Part shown: in pieces, positions 12,936 to 25,468 of the stretch
Numbering within the stretch: position 1 is the first letter of the stretch
Layout of the letters: each line of letters opens with the position of its first letter
NCBI RefSeq assembly: GCF_030028105.1
Contig: NC_092371.1
Span: 97,243,064-97,307,063, forward strand
Reading direction: 5' to 3'
From: Mobula birostris
Taxonomy: Eukaryota
Length of the DNA: 64,000 nt
Translations under genes and position numbers: made by a program
Notes under the pieces: model-generated
What the model saw: only the letters and a program-made list of their open reading frames with translations
Told to the model about the DNA's origin: nothing
Databases searched by the model: none

Positions 12936-15900
12936 TTTTTTTGTAATTTTTTTTGTTGAATTTCATCATCAAACAAACATTTCCACAGGCTGTGTTTCAG
13001 ACACTGTACATATATATCATATTATCATATTTGTCACAAATCTCCACATAGTACTTATCTGAGGTATACACTTATAGAAGGGAGAGGAAAGAAAGAACAA
13101 TCGAAAGAAAACTATGTATAGAGTAGGGAGTGATCTTTTTTTTAAACAACATATTCATTGACTTGTGAGAATAAAATCAGGCCGATGAGGTGTTATGTAG
13201 TTAAACTATTTTTTCCAGTATGAATAAAATTGTTACAAATTATGATTAACAGATGTTGTTATCTTCTCCATTTTGTAAATGTCCATTGTAATTTCCATCC
13301 ATGCATCTAAAGTTGGGCTCTCCTGTGATAACCATTTCCTGGTAAGGGTCTTTTTACCAGCCACCAGCAGTACAGTCATTAAATATTTATCTCTTTTCAA
13401 CCATTCTTGAGGTATAAACCCAAAATATATGGTCTTACTCCCTAAGGGTATTTCACATTTAAAGATGTCTTGTAGGGCATTATGTATCCCATTCCAATAG
13501 TCTTTGATAACGGGGCATTCCCAGAAAATATGATAGTGGTTTGCATTTTGATTTCCACAATTTCTCCAGCAAACTGGGGGGTTACTATCATAATGGGATT
13601 TCTGAGATGGTGTAATAAAATATCTTATCTAGTTTTTCCACCCGAACTCCCTCCATTTTTGTGAACTGGACACTTCCATTGATACCTCCATATTATTTCC
13701 AGTCTTCCTCAGATATTATTATCCTTCCTTCCTTCTCCCATTTTGTTTTAATCTATGAAGTCGAATGTGTTTTAAGATTTGACAAACCCTTAAACAGGCT
13801 TGAAATTATTCTACTACCGTTGTCTGAATTATATGCTTTTCTAAATAGCTCTATCAGACATGTACTTGCCTTGGTTACATTTCTAACCGTCTTATTAACA
13901 CACTGTCGCATCTGTAAATACCGGTAAAACACTGGTTTTTCTAATAAGAGTTTCCCTTTGAACATTTCAAAACTGAACAGTGTTCCTTCTTTCATTATAT
14001 TGCAAATAGCTGTTACTCCCTTAGCTGTCCAGTCCTTAAATCTAGCATCCAGTTCATTAGGTGTAAAATCCAAATCATATTCACACCATTTAAGAATTGC
14101 AATGTCTCTCTCTAGTTTATATTCTTTTATAATAGTTTTCCATATTTTAAGAGTCCATTTCACCCACCGTTTGTCAATATTATTTATGTAACTTTGTAGG
14201 TTGTTATCAGGCAAGATTGCTTGTATGGGGATGGAAAATATCCTCTCCTCAATGTTTTTCCATTGAGCGTCATATGATGGGTTGCACCAGCATATCATGG
14301 TTCTCAACTGTGCTGCAAAATAATAGTCTGTAAGAAAAAGTGGCCCCCATCCCCCCTTTTCCCTGGCTAATTGCAAACTTTTGAGACGAACCCTAGGCCT
14401 TTTACCTTGCCATATATATCTTGATAGCATCTTGTTCCATTCACTGAATTGATTTTGGTTAATCTCTATTGGTAGGGTCTGAAAGAGATATAGTAGTCTG
14501 GGCAGTATATTCATTTTAATAGATTCAATCGCTGAATTGAGACCAAGAAAAGGAATTTGGTCCATCTTATTATATCTTCCTTAATTTTTTACATATAGGC
14601 TGATAATTTCATTCTGATAATTTTGCCAAATCTTTTGGCATAGTGATGCCCAAATATTTGACAGACTCTGTTTGCCATGCCCAACGATATCCACTTTCAA
14701 TTTCTCTTGGTGGGCTATAGTTATATGAAAGTAGTTGGGTTTTATCTATGTTGATCTTGTATCCTGATAATTGGCCATATTGTCAAAGGATTGCATCAAT
14801 TTAGGTAAAGAGTATGTTGGTTGCCCCAGACAGATCAAAATGTCATCCGTGTAACAGGCCAATTTATGCTCTGTCTCTTTAATAGCAATTCCCCTGATAT
14901 CTTAATTTTCTCTGATGTATTGAGCTAATGGTTCCAGATATGATGCGAAGAGTAGCGGTGACCATGTACAATCCTGTCTCGTGCCCCTTTCTAGGGTAAA
15001 ACTATTAGATAAATATCCACTGATTTTAATCCTGGCAGTAGGATTGTCATATAGTGCCTGTGTAGTTTTAATAATTGTGTCATGTAGACCAAATCTATGT
15101 AAAACTGTGTGAAGAGAATTGCAATTAACCGAATCAAATGCCTTTTCAGCTTCCTCGCTTATTCCTTGCTTCAATTTCATTTTTTTATATGATCCATAAT
15201 GTGAAGTGTCCTTCATATGTTGTCTTATGTTTGGCGTTGTTGTATAAAACCTGTCTGATCATTATGTATCAGTGTGGGTAGAAAATCTTCTAATCGTTTG
15301 GCAATGATGGTGGTAAATATTCTATAATCCACATTAAGAACAGATATTGGTCTAAATGACCCACATTCCATTTTATCCTCGCCATCTTTCGGTATAGCTG
15401 AGATTATCCTCTCCTTCTAGCTCGGTAGCATTTGCACCTTTCTTAGGGCCCAGTTCAGTGTGGGGAGTAAAACAGGAATTAACTCACTTCTAAATTCTTT
15501 ATACCACTCTGCCGTATATCCATCTGATCCTGGTGACTTGCTTAATTTAACCCTATTAATTGCAGTTTTAAGTTCAGCGTCAGTTATGTCAGCAGTCATC
15601 GTTTTATTTTGTTCTTTGCTCTTTGTTTTTTGTGGGTAATTCTAATAAATTCAGGAGGGTTTCATTTCGGATTATGCTTCCCCCTGGAAATTTGGAATAT
15701 AGTGTTCTGTAAAACATTTCAAAAGCTTCTTGAATTTCACTTAGCTTATTTTTTTTTGATCACTTCTGTTCTTGGATCCCTAATTCTATGAATTGTATTT
15801 TCTGCTACATATATATTTTTTCATTTTCCACGCCAGTATTTTCATAGTGTCTCTGTTTGAGAAACATTAAATTTTTTCTAATTTTTTGTGCAGCCAAACG

Positions 15901-16004
15901 ATTAATTTCTTTCCTAATTTTTAAAAATTTCCTCTAGTGTATCCTGTGCCAAACTCAGTTTGTGTTTTTTTTTCTAGTTCCTTCAGCTTATTCTGTAATT
16001 CCTC
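12936..16004 (-). mobile_element. 5'-truncated L1-clade LINE inserted in the 5' LTR, 17-bp TSD
   Basis: ORF2 fragments (KSPGSDGYTAEWYKEF, AEKAFDSV, KMNILPRLLYLFQ); T-rich tail at about 12936-12955; tgcaatggcttcttttc duplicated at 12919-12935 and 16005-16021, single in the 3' LTR. Confidence 0.93.
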
Positions 16005-16551
16005 TGCAATGGCTTCTTTTCAATGTTAACTATAAGGTAATGTTCTCTGCATTGAAATGTTTGGATTATAGTTATAGATAACGGAGGAACTAACCAATGG
16101 AAGCTAAGTTATTGTATCTGTATGTATGGGAACCTGGGTGAGTGCGCGGGCTTTTCGGGAGGAGAACCGAAGAAGAAGGAAGTGCAGGATGCGCTGTGGT
16201 CGACAACCTTGGGTGGTCCCAGGCGACGGGTCGAGGAGGTCGGAGGAGATCGACTGGTGGAAACAAGACCCCGTTAATTGCGCTCCAACGGTTGTGCACA
16301 AAGTAGTTGACCTGTGATAAGTTTGGCGCCTTTTACTTTCCTTTTCTATTGTATCTCTATTAATTACATAGTTTCAGTAAGATCTATAAAGTGTAATTTG
16401 TAAATCGTACATTGTGTGCTGTCTGATACTTGATGCGTGAGTTTGTACCAGGATGCATTACACAGCAACTACGCAAACGTGAGACACGGTTTGACGGGTG
16501 GACGGGGTTTCCCCTAGATAAACGCAAGCCGATAGCCCTGAGCGTTACATT

Positions 16552-16571
16552 TGTGGGAGCTCGTCCGGGAT
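16552..16571 (+). promoter_or_regulatory. tRNA-Pro-like primer-binding site
   Basis: tgtgggagctcgtccgggat directly after the LTR end resembles the canonical tRNA-Pro PBS TGGGGGCTCGTCCGGGAT. Confidence 0.75.
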
Positions 16572-19500
16572 TGAATTCTGTAGATGCTGTGCTATCACTC
16601 TGTTTAAAGTACAGTTGTCATGGAGACTGCCTTTCAGCGATGGTGTGCCGCTGCGAGGGTGCTAGTAAGCAATGCGTGCATGTTGAGGGGAGTGGAGACT
16701 AATATATCGGAGGAAGTGATACTCCGAGGTTTGAGTATGGTTAAGACTGTTGGAATAGTGGAAATTATATCGTAGAACTTTGATTCTGAGAAAAGCACGA
16801 AGTGAGGCTACTGAAAGTGCGAAGCAGACGGAAGGAGGAAGGGTTTAAAACTCTCCCGGGACAAATGTCAGTTCTGCAACATGTCTGTTAGCTATGTTCA
16901 GCACGTAATCTCGAGTGATGGAGTAGCTACAGACCCGGCGAAGATAGAAGCAGTGACCACGTGGCCGAGGCCCGAGACTGTGAGCACTCTGCGCTCGTTT
17001 TTGAGGTTCTGTGGTTAATACCGGAGATTCGGGAAGGGCTACGCCAAAATGAGTCACCCCTTGACCCAACTTCTGCGTGGTTACCCCCGCCCTCCCCCCC
17101 GCCACGGGCAGAAAAGTAAAAGGTGATGGGAGACTGGAGACTATCTCAACCCATCGGAACTCTTCGGACAGAGGTGGGATGCAAAATGTGAGGAGACTTT
17201 TAAATCGCTGAAGGAGTTGCTGACCCAGGCACCGATTCTGGCTTTTGCGGATCCCCGGTTACCCTATGTACTCCACACCGATGCCAGCCGTGGGGGATTA
17301 GGGGCCGTCATGTATCAAGATGAGGGAGCCGGGTTGAGACTTGTAGCGTTTGTCAGCCGGAGTTTGTCGTCCTCCGAGAAAACTATACAATCCACAAGTT
17401 GGAGTTGCTGGCGTTGAAATGGGCGGTGGTGGATAAGCTGAGTGACTATCTCTACGGGGCCAAGTTTGATGTGAGAACGGGCAACAACCCGCTTATTCAT
17501 ATCTTAACGTCGGCGAAACTGGATGCTAGAGGCCATCGGTGGTTGGCGGCCTTGTCGTCGTGTGATTTCAGCCTGAAGTACCGGCCGGGGAGCCGGAACG
17601 TCGATGCGGACGCTTTGTCCTGACGGATGCATGAGGAACTGGAGAGGGACGAGGAGTGGGAGAGCGTTCCTGCCTCTGGGGTAAGGGCCATTTGTCAGCT
17701 TGCTGTCACTGTGAAAGCTGAGGAAAAGGAGATGTCGTATTGCGCAGTGGACTCATTGGGGGCTTCTGACGACGCCTTACCCGCAGTTCACTGTGACTTG
17801 ACTGCTCTGAAATCCAAGCAGCTGCTGGAATTGAGTCCTGGGGAAGTGGCAGCTGCTCAGCGAGAGGACCCGGGCATTGGCACCGTTTGGTACGCGGTGG
17901 AAAAGGGAGATATGGCATGGGTGGAGAAGACGAAACACGCTTCGGTGCCTCCGTTACTGAGGGAATAACCTCAGCTGAAGTTGAGGAAACAAATTTTTTT
18001 ACCGGGTCACGTCACCCCCGGATCGACTGCAGTGTTGGCAGTTGGTCCTGCCTGAGAAGTATCGGAAGATTGAGCTGAGGTCACTGCACGATGAGTCTGG
18101 ACATCTGAGGGTGGAGAAGACCTATGGATTGCTCAAAGACAGGTTTTACTGGCCCCGAATGAAGTCGGAGGTTGAAGAGTACTGCACGTCATGCATTCGC
18201 TGCATACCTCGGAAGACACTGGCTGTCCAGGCCGCTCCTTTTTCACACCTGCAGAGTGCAGGGCCCCTGGACTTGGTGTGTGTGTGGACTGTTTGTCCAT
18301 AGAACCCGATGCCAGCAACACGGCGAATGTCTTAGTCATCACGGACCACTACACTAGATATGCTCAGGCTTTTCCGACCAAGGACCAGTGGGCGACTACG
18401 GTGGCAAAAGTGTTATGGAAGAAGTGTTTCGTGCATTATGGCCTTCCCCAGCGGATACATAGGGATCAGGGACGGGATTTTGAGAGTAAGCTCATCTATG
18501 AGTTACTGGGCATGCTGGGAGTTCAGAAACAGAGGACCACGCCCTATCATCCATCCTGTGATCCCCAGCCAGGGAGGTTTAATCGGACCTTGCTAGACAT
18601 GCTCTGGACTCTAGAGATCAGCAAAAAAAGCAGATGGCTCCAACATATTGGGCATCTGGTTCACTGTCACAATTGTACACGCAATGAAGCCACTGGGTAT
18701 TCGGCCTATTATCTGATGTGGGGCGTGAGGCGAGGTTGCCCATTGACCTCTGTTTCGGGACTGACACGGGTGACGTACAGCCGAAGCCTTATCTGAAGTA
18801 TGTGTCTGATATGACGAGAGAGCTGAAAAGAGCTTATGAATTGTCTGGGGCGGCGGCCGGCAAGCAGAATGGAGGAAATAAGAGAAGGTATGATCAAAAA
18901 GTGCAGTTCTCCCAACTCCTGCCGGGACCGAGTCCTCATAAGGAATTTGGGACTACTGTACCTGGAAAGCACAAGTTGGCCGACCGCTGGGCGGCCATTC
19001 CCCATGTGGTGTAAAGTCAGATGCCCAGCCTACCGGTTTTCCGGGTGAGGCCAGAGGACGGGAAGGGACCTGTCAAGATACTCCATCGGAACCACCTGTC
19101 GCCCCTGAGCCAAGAGGTGCAGGTAGACCAACAGCCCGAATTGGAGTTTACGCCTAGTACGAGGACTCTGCGGAGGCGCGGGGCGAGGGAAGAGCCCACC
19201 GTGAAAGAGACGTGGCCGAGCCCAGCCCCGGAAAGGGATACTGATTCGGAGGATGAGGATTCCGATGTACGGTACATGCTGCCGGTGGCTAACCCCTCTT
19301 CCTCATGGAGGAAGAGACTCCAGCCCCTTCTCCCACTGCTTCAGGGGAGATGAGGGGGGCTATTGGTGTGCAACAGGGAGTGCAGCCGGACACTGGAGGA
19401 GAGGGAGGGAGTCCCGAACACGAGGCAAGGGGCTCCGAGTTGCAGAGGGGTTTGAGTGACAGATCGCGGGAAGTTTCGTCAGGTAGCCCCAAAGTGTCCC

Positions 19501-19725
19501 CAGTAGTGGCTGAGCAGGAGAAGCTCGGGGTGAGGGGCGGGTACGGAAGTCTCAGCAGATTAGGAACCCCCCGGAGAGGTTGGCTTATGTAGTGCTTGGG
19601 AGCAAGGTGTGATGTCTACAGTTTTGGGGAGTTATGTCACTGCTTTCTGCATTTGGATTGGGCTGTGTGCTCTGCAGGAAGGGTTGGCGAATTATCTGAA
19701 TGTCATGAGGTCGGGGGGGGGTGAA

Positions 19726-20343
19726 TGTAGGGTTCTGAGTAATATTAACTGTAATGTTAACTGTTAATTGCTAATTATGTTCCTCTGAAGTGTAATAATG
19801 CAATGGCTTCTTTTCAGTATTAACTATGAGGTAATGTTCTCTGCAGTGAAATGTTTGGGTTATAGTTATAGATAATGGAGGAGCTGACCAATGGAAGCTA
19901 TGTTACTGTATCTGTATGTATGGGAACCTGGGTGAGTGCGCGGGCTTTTCGGGAGGAGAACCGAAGAAGAAGGAAGTACAGGACGCGCTCTGGTCGACAA
20001 CCGTGGGTGGTCCCAGGCGACGGGTCGAGGAGGTCGGAGGAGATCGAATGGTGGAAAGAAGGCTCCGTTAATTGAGCTGCAACGGTTGTGCACGAAATGG
20101 TTGAACTCTGATAAGTTTGGCGCCTTTTACTTTCCTTTTATATTGTATCTCTATTAATTACATAGTTCCAGTAAAATCTATAAAGTGCAATCTGTAAATC
20201 GTACATCGTGTGCTGTCTGATATTTGATGTGTGAGTTTGGACCAGGGTGCATTGCACAGCAACTACGCAAACGTGAGGCACGGTTTGGCGGGCGGACAGG
20301 GTTTCCCCTAGATAAACACGAGCCGATAGCCCTGAGCGTTATA
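19726..20343 (+). repeat. 3' LTR of the gypsy element
   Basis: Colinear with the reassembled 5' LTR (tgtagggttc...gatagccctgagcgtta). Confidence 0.92.
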
Positions 20344-21230
20344 TAACGTTAATGGATTGGATGCTTGTTGTCCGGATACTAGCAGGAGCTAATGATTCCT
20401 ACAATGTTACTTTTGCAATTATTTCCCTGGCGGAGATGGCGGGTTATTATTGGCGTGTTTCCGGATGTACGCATGAACGCGGAATTCCGAAAGTGCATGA
20501 CCCAGGTCGACTACTGGGGCACTGGTAATTGTTCAACTCCGCGGCTTTCATAAGTTTAGTGAGTAATGAGATCCGAGTTGTTGTGGCACAGGATTGACTA
20601 TTCTCTCCATTTGAATAGATTATTTTTCAGTTTTTATATGGTCGTTTGTCAATGTGGGCGACTTTCAGAAATAACGAAACGTTTTAATAGAGGGCATATT
20701 GGGCGTGTATTTTGCAGTCTTTTCCAGGGAAGTTTCGTGAGTGGGATTTATTATGACTTATTAACTTCACGCAATATCCTTTCTAGAAACATACAGCTAA
20801 GAAAATGCTGCAGTCGCCCTAATTCTGGAATAAAGAGAGAAAAGGTTGGAAGCATTTAAAAGGTGAAATGGCGCTAATAGTAAGTGCAGAACTGACGATT
20901 CAAATCGACGGCGCTTGGTTTCCTTCGGGAATCATCCTTTCACTGATTCTACGCTCACAGCCACCCACCAGCCCTGCCAAAATTCCCTAACACGTCTACA
21001 CAAATATCGATTTCTGGTAATCATCCTTTATAAATACTCAGAGATTCAAAATATTACCATTGTTAGTACGAAAGTTTAGGTCAATATGGGAGATAAGAGA
21101 TTTTATTACATTTCTCCATTTATGAAATTATACTGGCATACCACAGACAAAGCATTCACGCGATCACAGTTTATGTGCTGTGACTGAAAATATATCCACC
21201 AAATTCAAACAGGCAACGTCTAAACCATAC

Positions 21231-24200
21231 AACCATAGAACCATAGAAACTACAGCACAGAATCAGGCCTTTTGGCCCTTCTTGGCTGTGCCGAAGCATT
21301 GTCTGCCTAGTCCCACTGACCTGCACACGGACCATATCCCTCCATACACCTCCCATCCATGTATCTGTCCAATTTATTCTTAAATGTTAAAAAAGAACCC
21401 ACATTTACCACCTCGTCTGGCAGCTCGTTCCGCACTCCCACCACTTTCTGTGTGAAGAAGCCCCGGCTAATGTTCCCTTTAAACTTTTCCCCCTTCACCC
21501 TTAACCCATGTCCTCTGGTTGTTTTCTCCCCTTGCCTCAGTGGAAAAAGCCTGCTTGCATTCACTCTCTCTATAGCCATCATAATTTTATATACCTTTAT
21601 CAAATCTCCCCTCATTCTTCTACTCTCCAGGGAATAAAGTCCTAACCTATTCAACCTTTCTCTGCAACTGAGTTTCTCAAGTCCGGGCAACATCCTTGTA
21701 AACCTTCTCTGCACTCTTTCAACCTTATTTATATCCTTCCTGTAATTTGGTGACCAAAACTGAACACAATCCTCCAGATTCGGCCTCACCAATGCCTTAT
21801 ACAACCTCATCATAACATTCCAGCTCTTAGACTCAATACTTTGATTAATAAAGGCCAATGTACCAAAAGCTCTCTTTACGACCCTTTCTACCTGTGACGC
21901 CACTTTTAGGGAATTTTGTATCTGTATTCCCAGATCCCTCTGTTCCACTGCACTCCTCAGTGCCTTACCATTAACCCTGTATGTTCTACCTTGGTTTGAC
22001 CTTCCAACGTGAAGTACCTCACACTTGTCTGCATTAAACTCCATCTGCCATTTTTCAGCCCATTTTTCTAGCTGGTCCAAGTCCCTTTGCAGGCTCTGAA
22101 AACCCTCCTCAATGTCTACTACACCTCCAATCTTTGCATCATCAGCAAATTTGCTGATCCAATTTACCACATTATCATCCAGATCATTGATATAGATGAC
22201 AAATAACAATGGACCCAGCACTGATCCCTGTGGCACACCACTAGTCACAGGCCTCCACTCGGAGAAGCAATTCTCTACTACCACTCTTTGGCTTCTTCCA
22301 TTGAGCCAATGTCTGATTCAATTTACCACCTCTCCATGTATACCTAGCGACTGAATTTTCCTAACTAACCTCCCATGCGGGACCTTGACAAAGGCCTTAC
22401 TGAAGTCCATGTAGACAATATCCACTGCCTTCTCTTCATCCACTTTCCTGGTAACCTCCTCGAAAAACTCCAAGAGATTGGTCAAACATGACCTACCACG
22501 CACAAAGCCATATTGACTCTCCCTGATAAGTCCCTGTCTATCCAAATGCTTGTAGATTCTGTCTCTTAGTACTCCCTCCAATAACTTACCTACTACCCAC
22601 ATTAAACTTACCGGCCTATAATTTCCCGGATTACTTTTTGATCCTTTTTTAAACAACGGAACAACATGAGCCACTCTCCAATTCTCCGGCACTTCACCTG
22701 TAGACAGCGGCATTTAAAATATTTCTGCCAGGGCCCCTGCAATTTCAACACTAGTCTCTTTCAAGGTCCGAGGGAACACCCCGTCAGGTCCCGGGGATTT
22801 AGCCACTTTAATTTTCCTCAAGACAGCAAGGACCTCCTCCTTTTCGATCTGTACAGTTTCCATGATCTCACTACTTGTTTCCCCTAATTCCATAGACATA
22901 ATGCCAGTCTCCTTAGTAAATACAGACGCAAAAAACCTGTTTAAGATCTCCCCCATTTCATTTGGTTCCACACATAGCCGACCTCTCTGATCTTCAAGAG
23001 GACCAATTTTATTCCTTACAATCCTTTCTCTCTTAATATACCTGTAAAAGCACTTTGACTGCCAAGGCAAACTCAATGTTTCTTTTAGCCCTCTTGATTT
23101 CTTTCTTAAGTATTTTCTTGCACTTCTTATACTCTTCAAGCACCTTATTTACTCCCTGCTTCCTATACATGTCATACAACTCCCTCTTCCTTCTTTATCA
23201 GATTTGCAATATCCCTTGAGAACCAAGGTTCCTTATTCCTGACGAAGGGTCTCGGCCTGAAACGTCGACTGTACCTCTTTCTAGAGATGCTGCCTGGCCT
23301 GCTGCGTTCACCAGCAACTTTGATGTGTGTTCCTTATTCCTATTCACTTTGCCTTTAATCCTGACAGGAACATACAAATTCTGCACTCGCAAAGTTTCTC
23401 CTTTGAAGGCTTCCCACCTACCGATCACATCCTTGCCAGAGAACAACCTGTCCCAATCCACGCTTTTTAGATCCTTTCTCATTTCTTCAAATTTGGCCTT
23501 CTTCCAGTTAAGAACCTCAACCCTAGGACCAGATCTATCCTTGTCCATGATCAAGTTGAAGCTAATGGTGTTATGATCACTGGAACCAAAGTGCTCCCCT
23601 ACACAGACTTCTGTCACTTGTCCTAACTCGGTTCCTAATAGGAGATCCAATATTGCACCCCCTCTAGTTGGTCCCTCTATATATTGATTTAGAAAACTTT
23701 CCTGAACACATTTTACAAACTCTAAACCATCTAGACCCTTAACAGTATGGGAGTCCCAATCAATATCTGGAAAATTAAAATCCCCTACCACCACAACTTT
23801 ATGTTTCCTGCAGTTACCTGCTATCTCCCTGCAGATTTGTTCTTCCAATTCTCGTTGACTATTGGGTGGTCTGTAATACAACCCACTAATGTGGCCATGC
23901 CTTTCCTGTTTCTCAGCTCCACCCATAAGGGCTCAGTAGACAAGCCCTCTAATCTGTCCTGCCTGAGCACCGCTGTAATATTTTCCCAAACAAGCAATGC
24001 TACTCCCCCATCTTTCATTCCTCTGCCTCGATCACATTTGAAACATCGGAACCCTGGAATATTAAGCTTCCAGTCCTGCCCCTCCTGTAGCCAAGTTTCA
24101 CTAATTGCTATAACATCATAATTCCACGTGTCAATCTGCGTCCTCAACTCATCCGCCTTGCCCGCAATACTCCTAGCATTGAAATATATACACCTCAGAA

Positions 24201-25085
24201 GATTTTTACCACCACTCACAACCTTTCTATTAGCAGATTTGCTTGAACTTTTAACAACATTTATTTTCACCCCAGCCATGCTGTCAGCTCTGGCACTCTG
24301 GTTCCCATCCCCCTGCAAATCTAGTTTAAAGCCTCCCCAATAGCACTAACAAACCTCCCTGAAAGGATATTGGTCCCCCTGTAGTTCAAGTGTAACCCGT
24401 CTCTCTTGTACAGGTCCCACCTGCCCCAGAAGAGGTCCCAATTATCCTGAAATCTGAAACCCTACCCCCTACACCAGTTCCTCAGCCACTTGTTCATCCT
24501 CCAGAGCATCCTATTCCTATCCTCACTGGCACGTAGCACAGGTAGCAATCCTGAGATTACCACCCTCGAGGTTCTGCTTTTCAACTTCCTACCAAGCTCT
24601 CTATACTCACTCTCCAGGACCTCCTCACTCTTCCTTGCTATGTCATTGGTACCGATGTGCACCACGACATCTGGCTTATCACCCTCCAACTTCAGAATAT
24701 CATGCAATCGATCAGAGACATCCTTGACCCTGGCACCCGGGAGGCAACAAACCATCCTGGATTCTCTGTCACAACCATAGAACCTCCTATCTGCACCTCT
24801 AACTATCGAGTCCCCTATCACTACCGCTCTCCTCTTTTTCCCCCTCCCTTCTGCACTGCAGAGCCAGACTCAGTGCTAGAGATCTGGCTGCTGCAGCTTG
24901 TCCCAGGTAAGTCATCCCCCTCAACAGTATCCAATGCGGTATACTTGTTGTTGAGGGGAATGGCCACAGGGGAACCCTGCTCTGCCTGCCCCTTCCTCTT
25001 CCCTCGCCTGACAGTGACCCAATTTCCCGTCCTCTGCTTCTTTGGCGTAACTAACTCCCTGTAGCTACTATCTATAATCTCCTGC
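21231..25085 (-). mobile_element. Near-complete CR1 LINE (ORF1 esterase, ORF2 EN+RT), frameshifted
   Basis: ORF1 SGNH/GDSL esterase (IGDSIVRG, CCLPGARV, VVHIGTND); EN (YFNARSI, VVGDFNFPDIDW, SSDHNTI); RT ([21 protein letters not shown]); (ATAGAACC)n tail at 21231-21250. Confidence 0.95.
23241..23328 (+). mobile_element. 88-bp Penelope-like terminal fragment with hammerhead core, 13-bp TSD, inserted in CR1
   Basis: gttccttattcct at 23228-23240 and 23329-23341; reads (CT)GACGAAGGGTCTCGGCCTGAAACGTCGACTG...gatgctgcctggcctgctgcgttcaccagc. Confidence 0.8.
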
Positions 25086-25144
25086 TCCAGTTCCCTGTGG
25101 CACTTATTTTCAAATGTAAGGAATCAGTACATAGATTGCTTGAA

Positions 25145-25468
25145 TCACATACAACTGGATCTCATGAGGTTTGCTTTAAGTGAGTTCTGCCCGACTCTCG
25201 TGTTTAGCCACACAGGAGTAAAGCTCGTGTGAGTTTCAGTGTGAGGCTGGCAGAGTCAGGTAACTGCTCGCACTGAACGTGTTGTCCGTATCCCGCTGGA
25301 TCCGGCTGGTTTCAACGCCATTCCTTCTCGTACTGCCGTTCACAGTCCACTCGATATTCACAGCGCCCGGATTAAACCCGCTCACCAAACAGACCAGGGT
25401 GGCGGTGCCCTTTCTCCTGATTTCTTCTGTTGAAGGTCCGAGGACGGACAATACAGGAGGTCGCGGAT
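25145..25468 (-). pseudogene. Ig lambda/type II light-chain C exon pseudogene (C1), no V found upstream
   Basis: Acceptor tttttag|AT CCG CGA CCT; PRPPVLSVLGPSTEEIRRKGTATLVCLVSGFNPGAVNIEWTV...YLTLPASH then TGG>TGA at 25236-25238; a +1 insertion near 25187; the restored end reads ANSLKANLMRSSCM*; polyA site is AATAAG. Confidence 0.95.

Larger units (their letters stand above)
12840..20343 (+). mobile_element. Ty3/gypsy LTR retrotransposon with internal deletion (gag, protease and most of RT missing), two LTRs
   Basis: 5' LTR 12840-12935 plus 16005-16549 (split by an L1); PBS-like sequence about 16552-16571; RT end (DPAKIEAVTTWPRP); RNase H (TDASRGGLGAVMYQ, ELLALKWAV); integrase (HDESGHL, DHYTRYAQAFPTKDQ, HRDQGRDFES); PPT about 19713-19725; 3' LTR 19726-20343; 4-bp TSD-like taat/taac. 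Confidence 0.92.
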
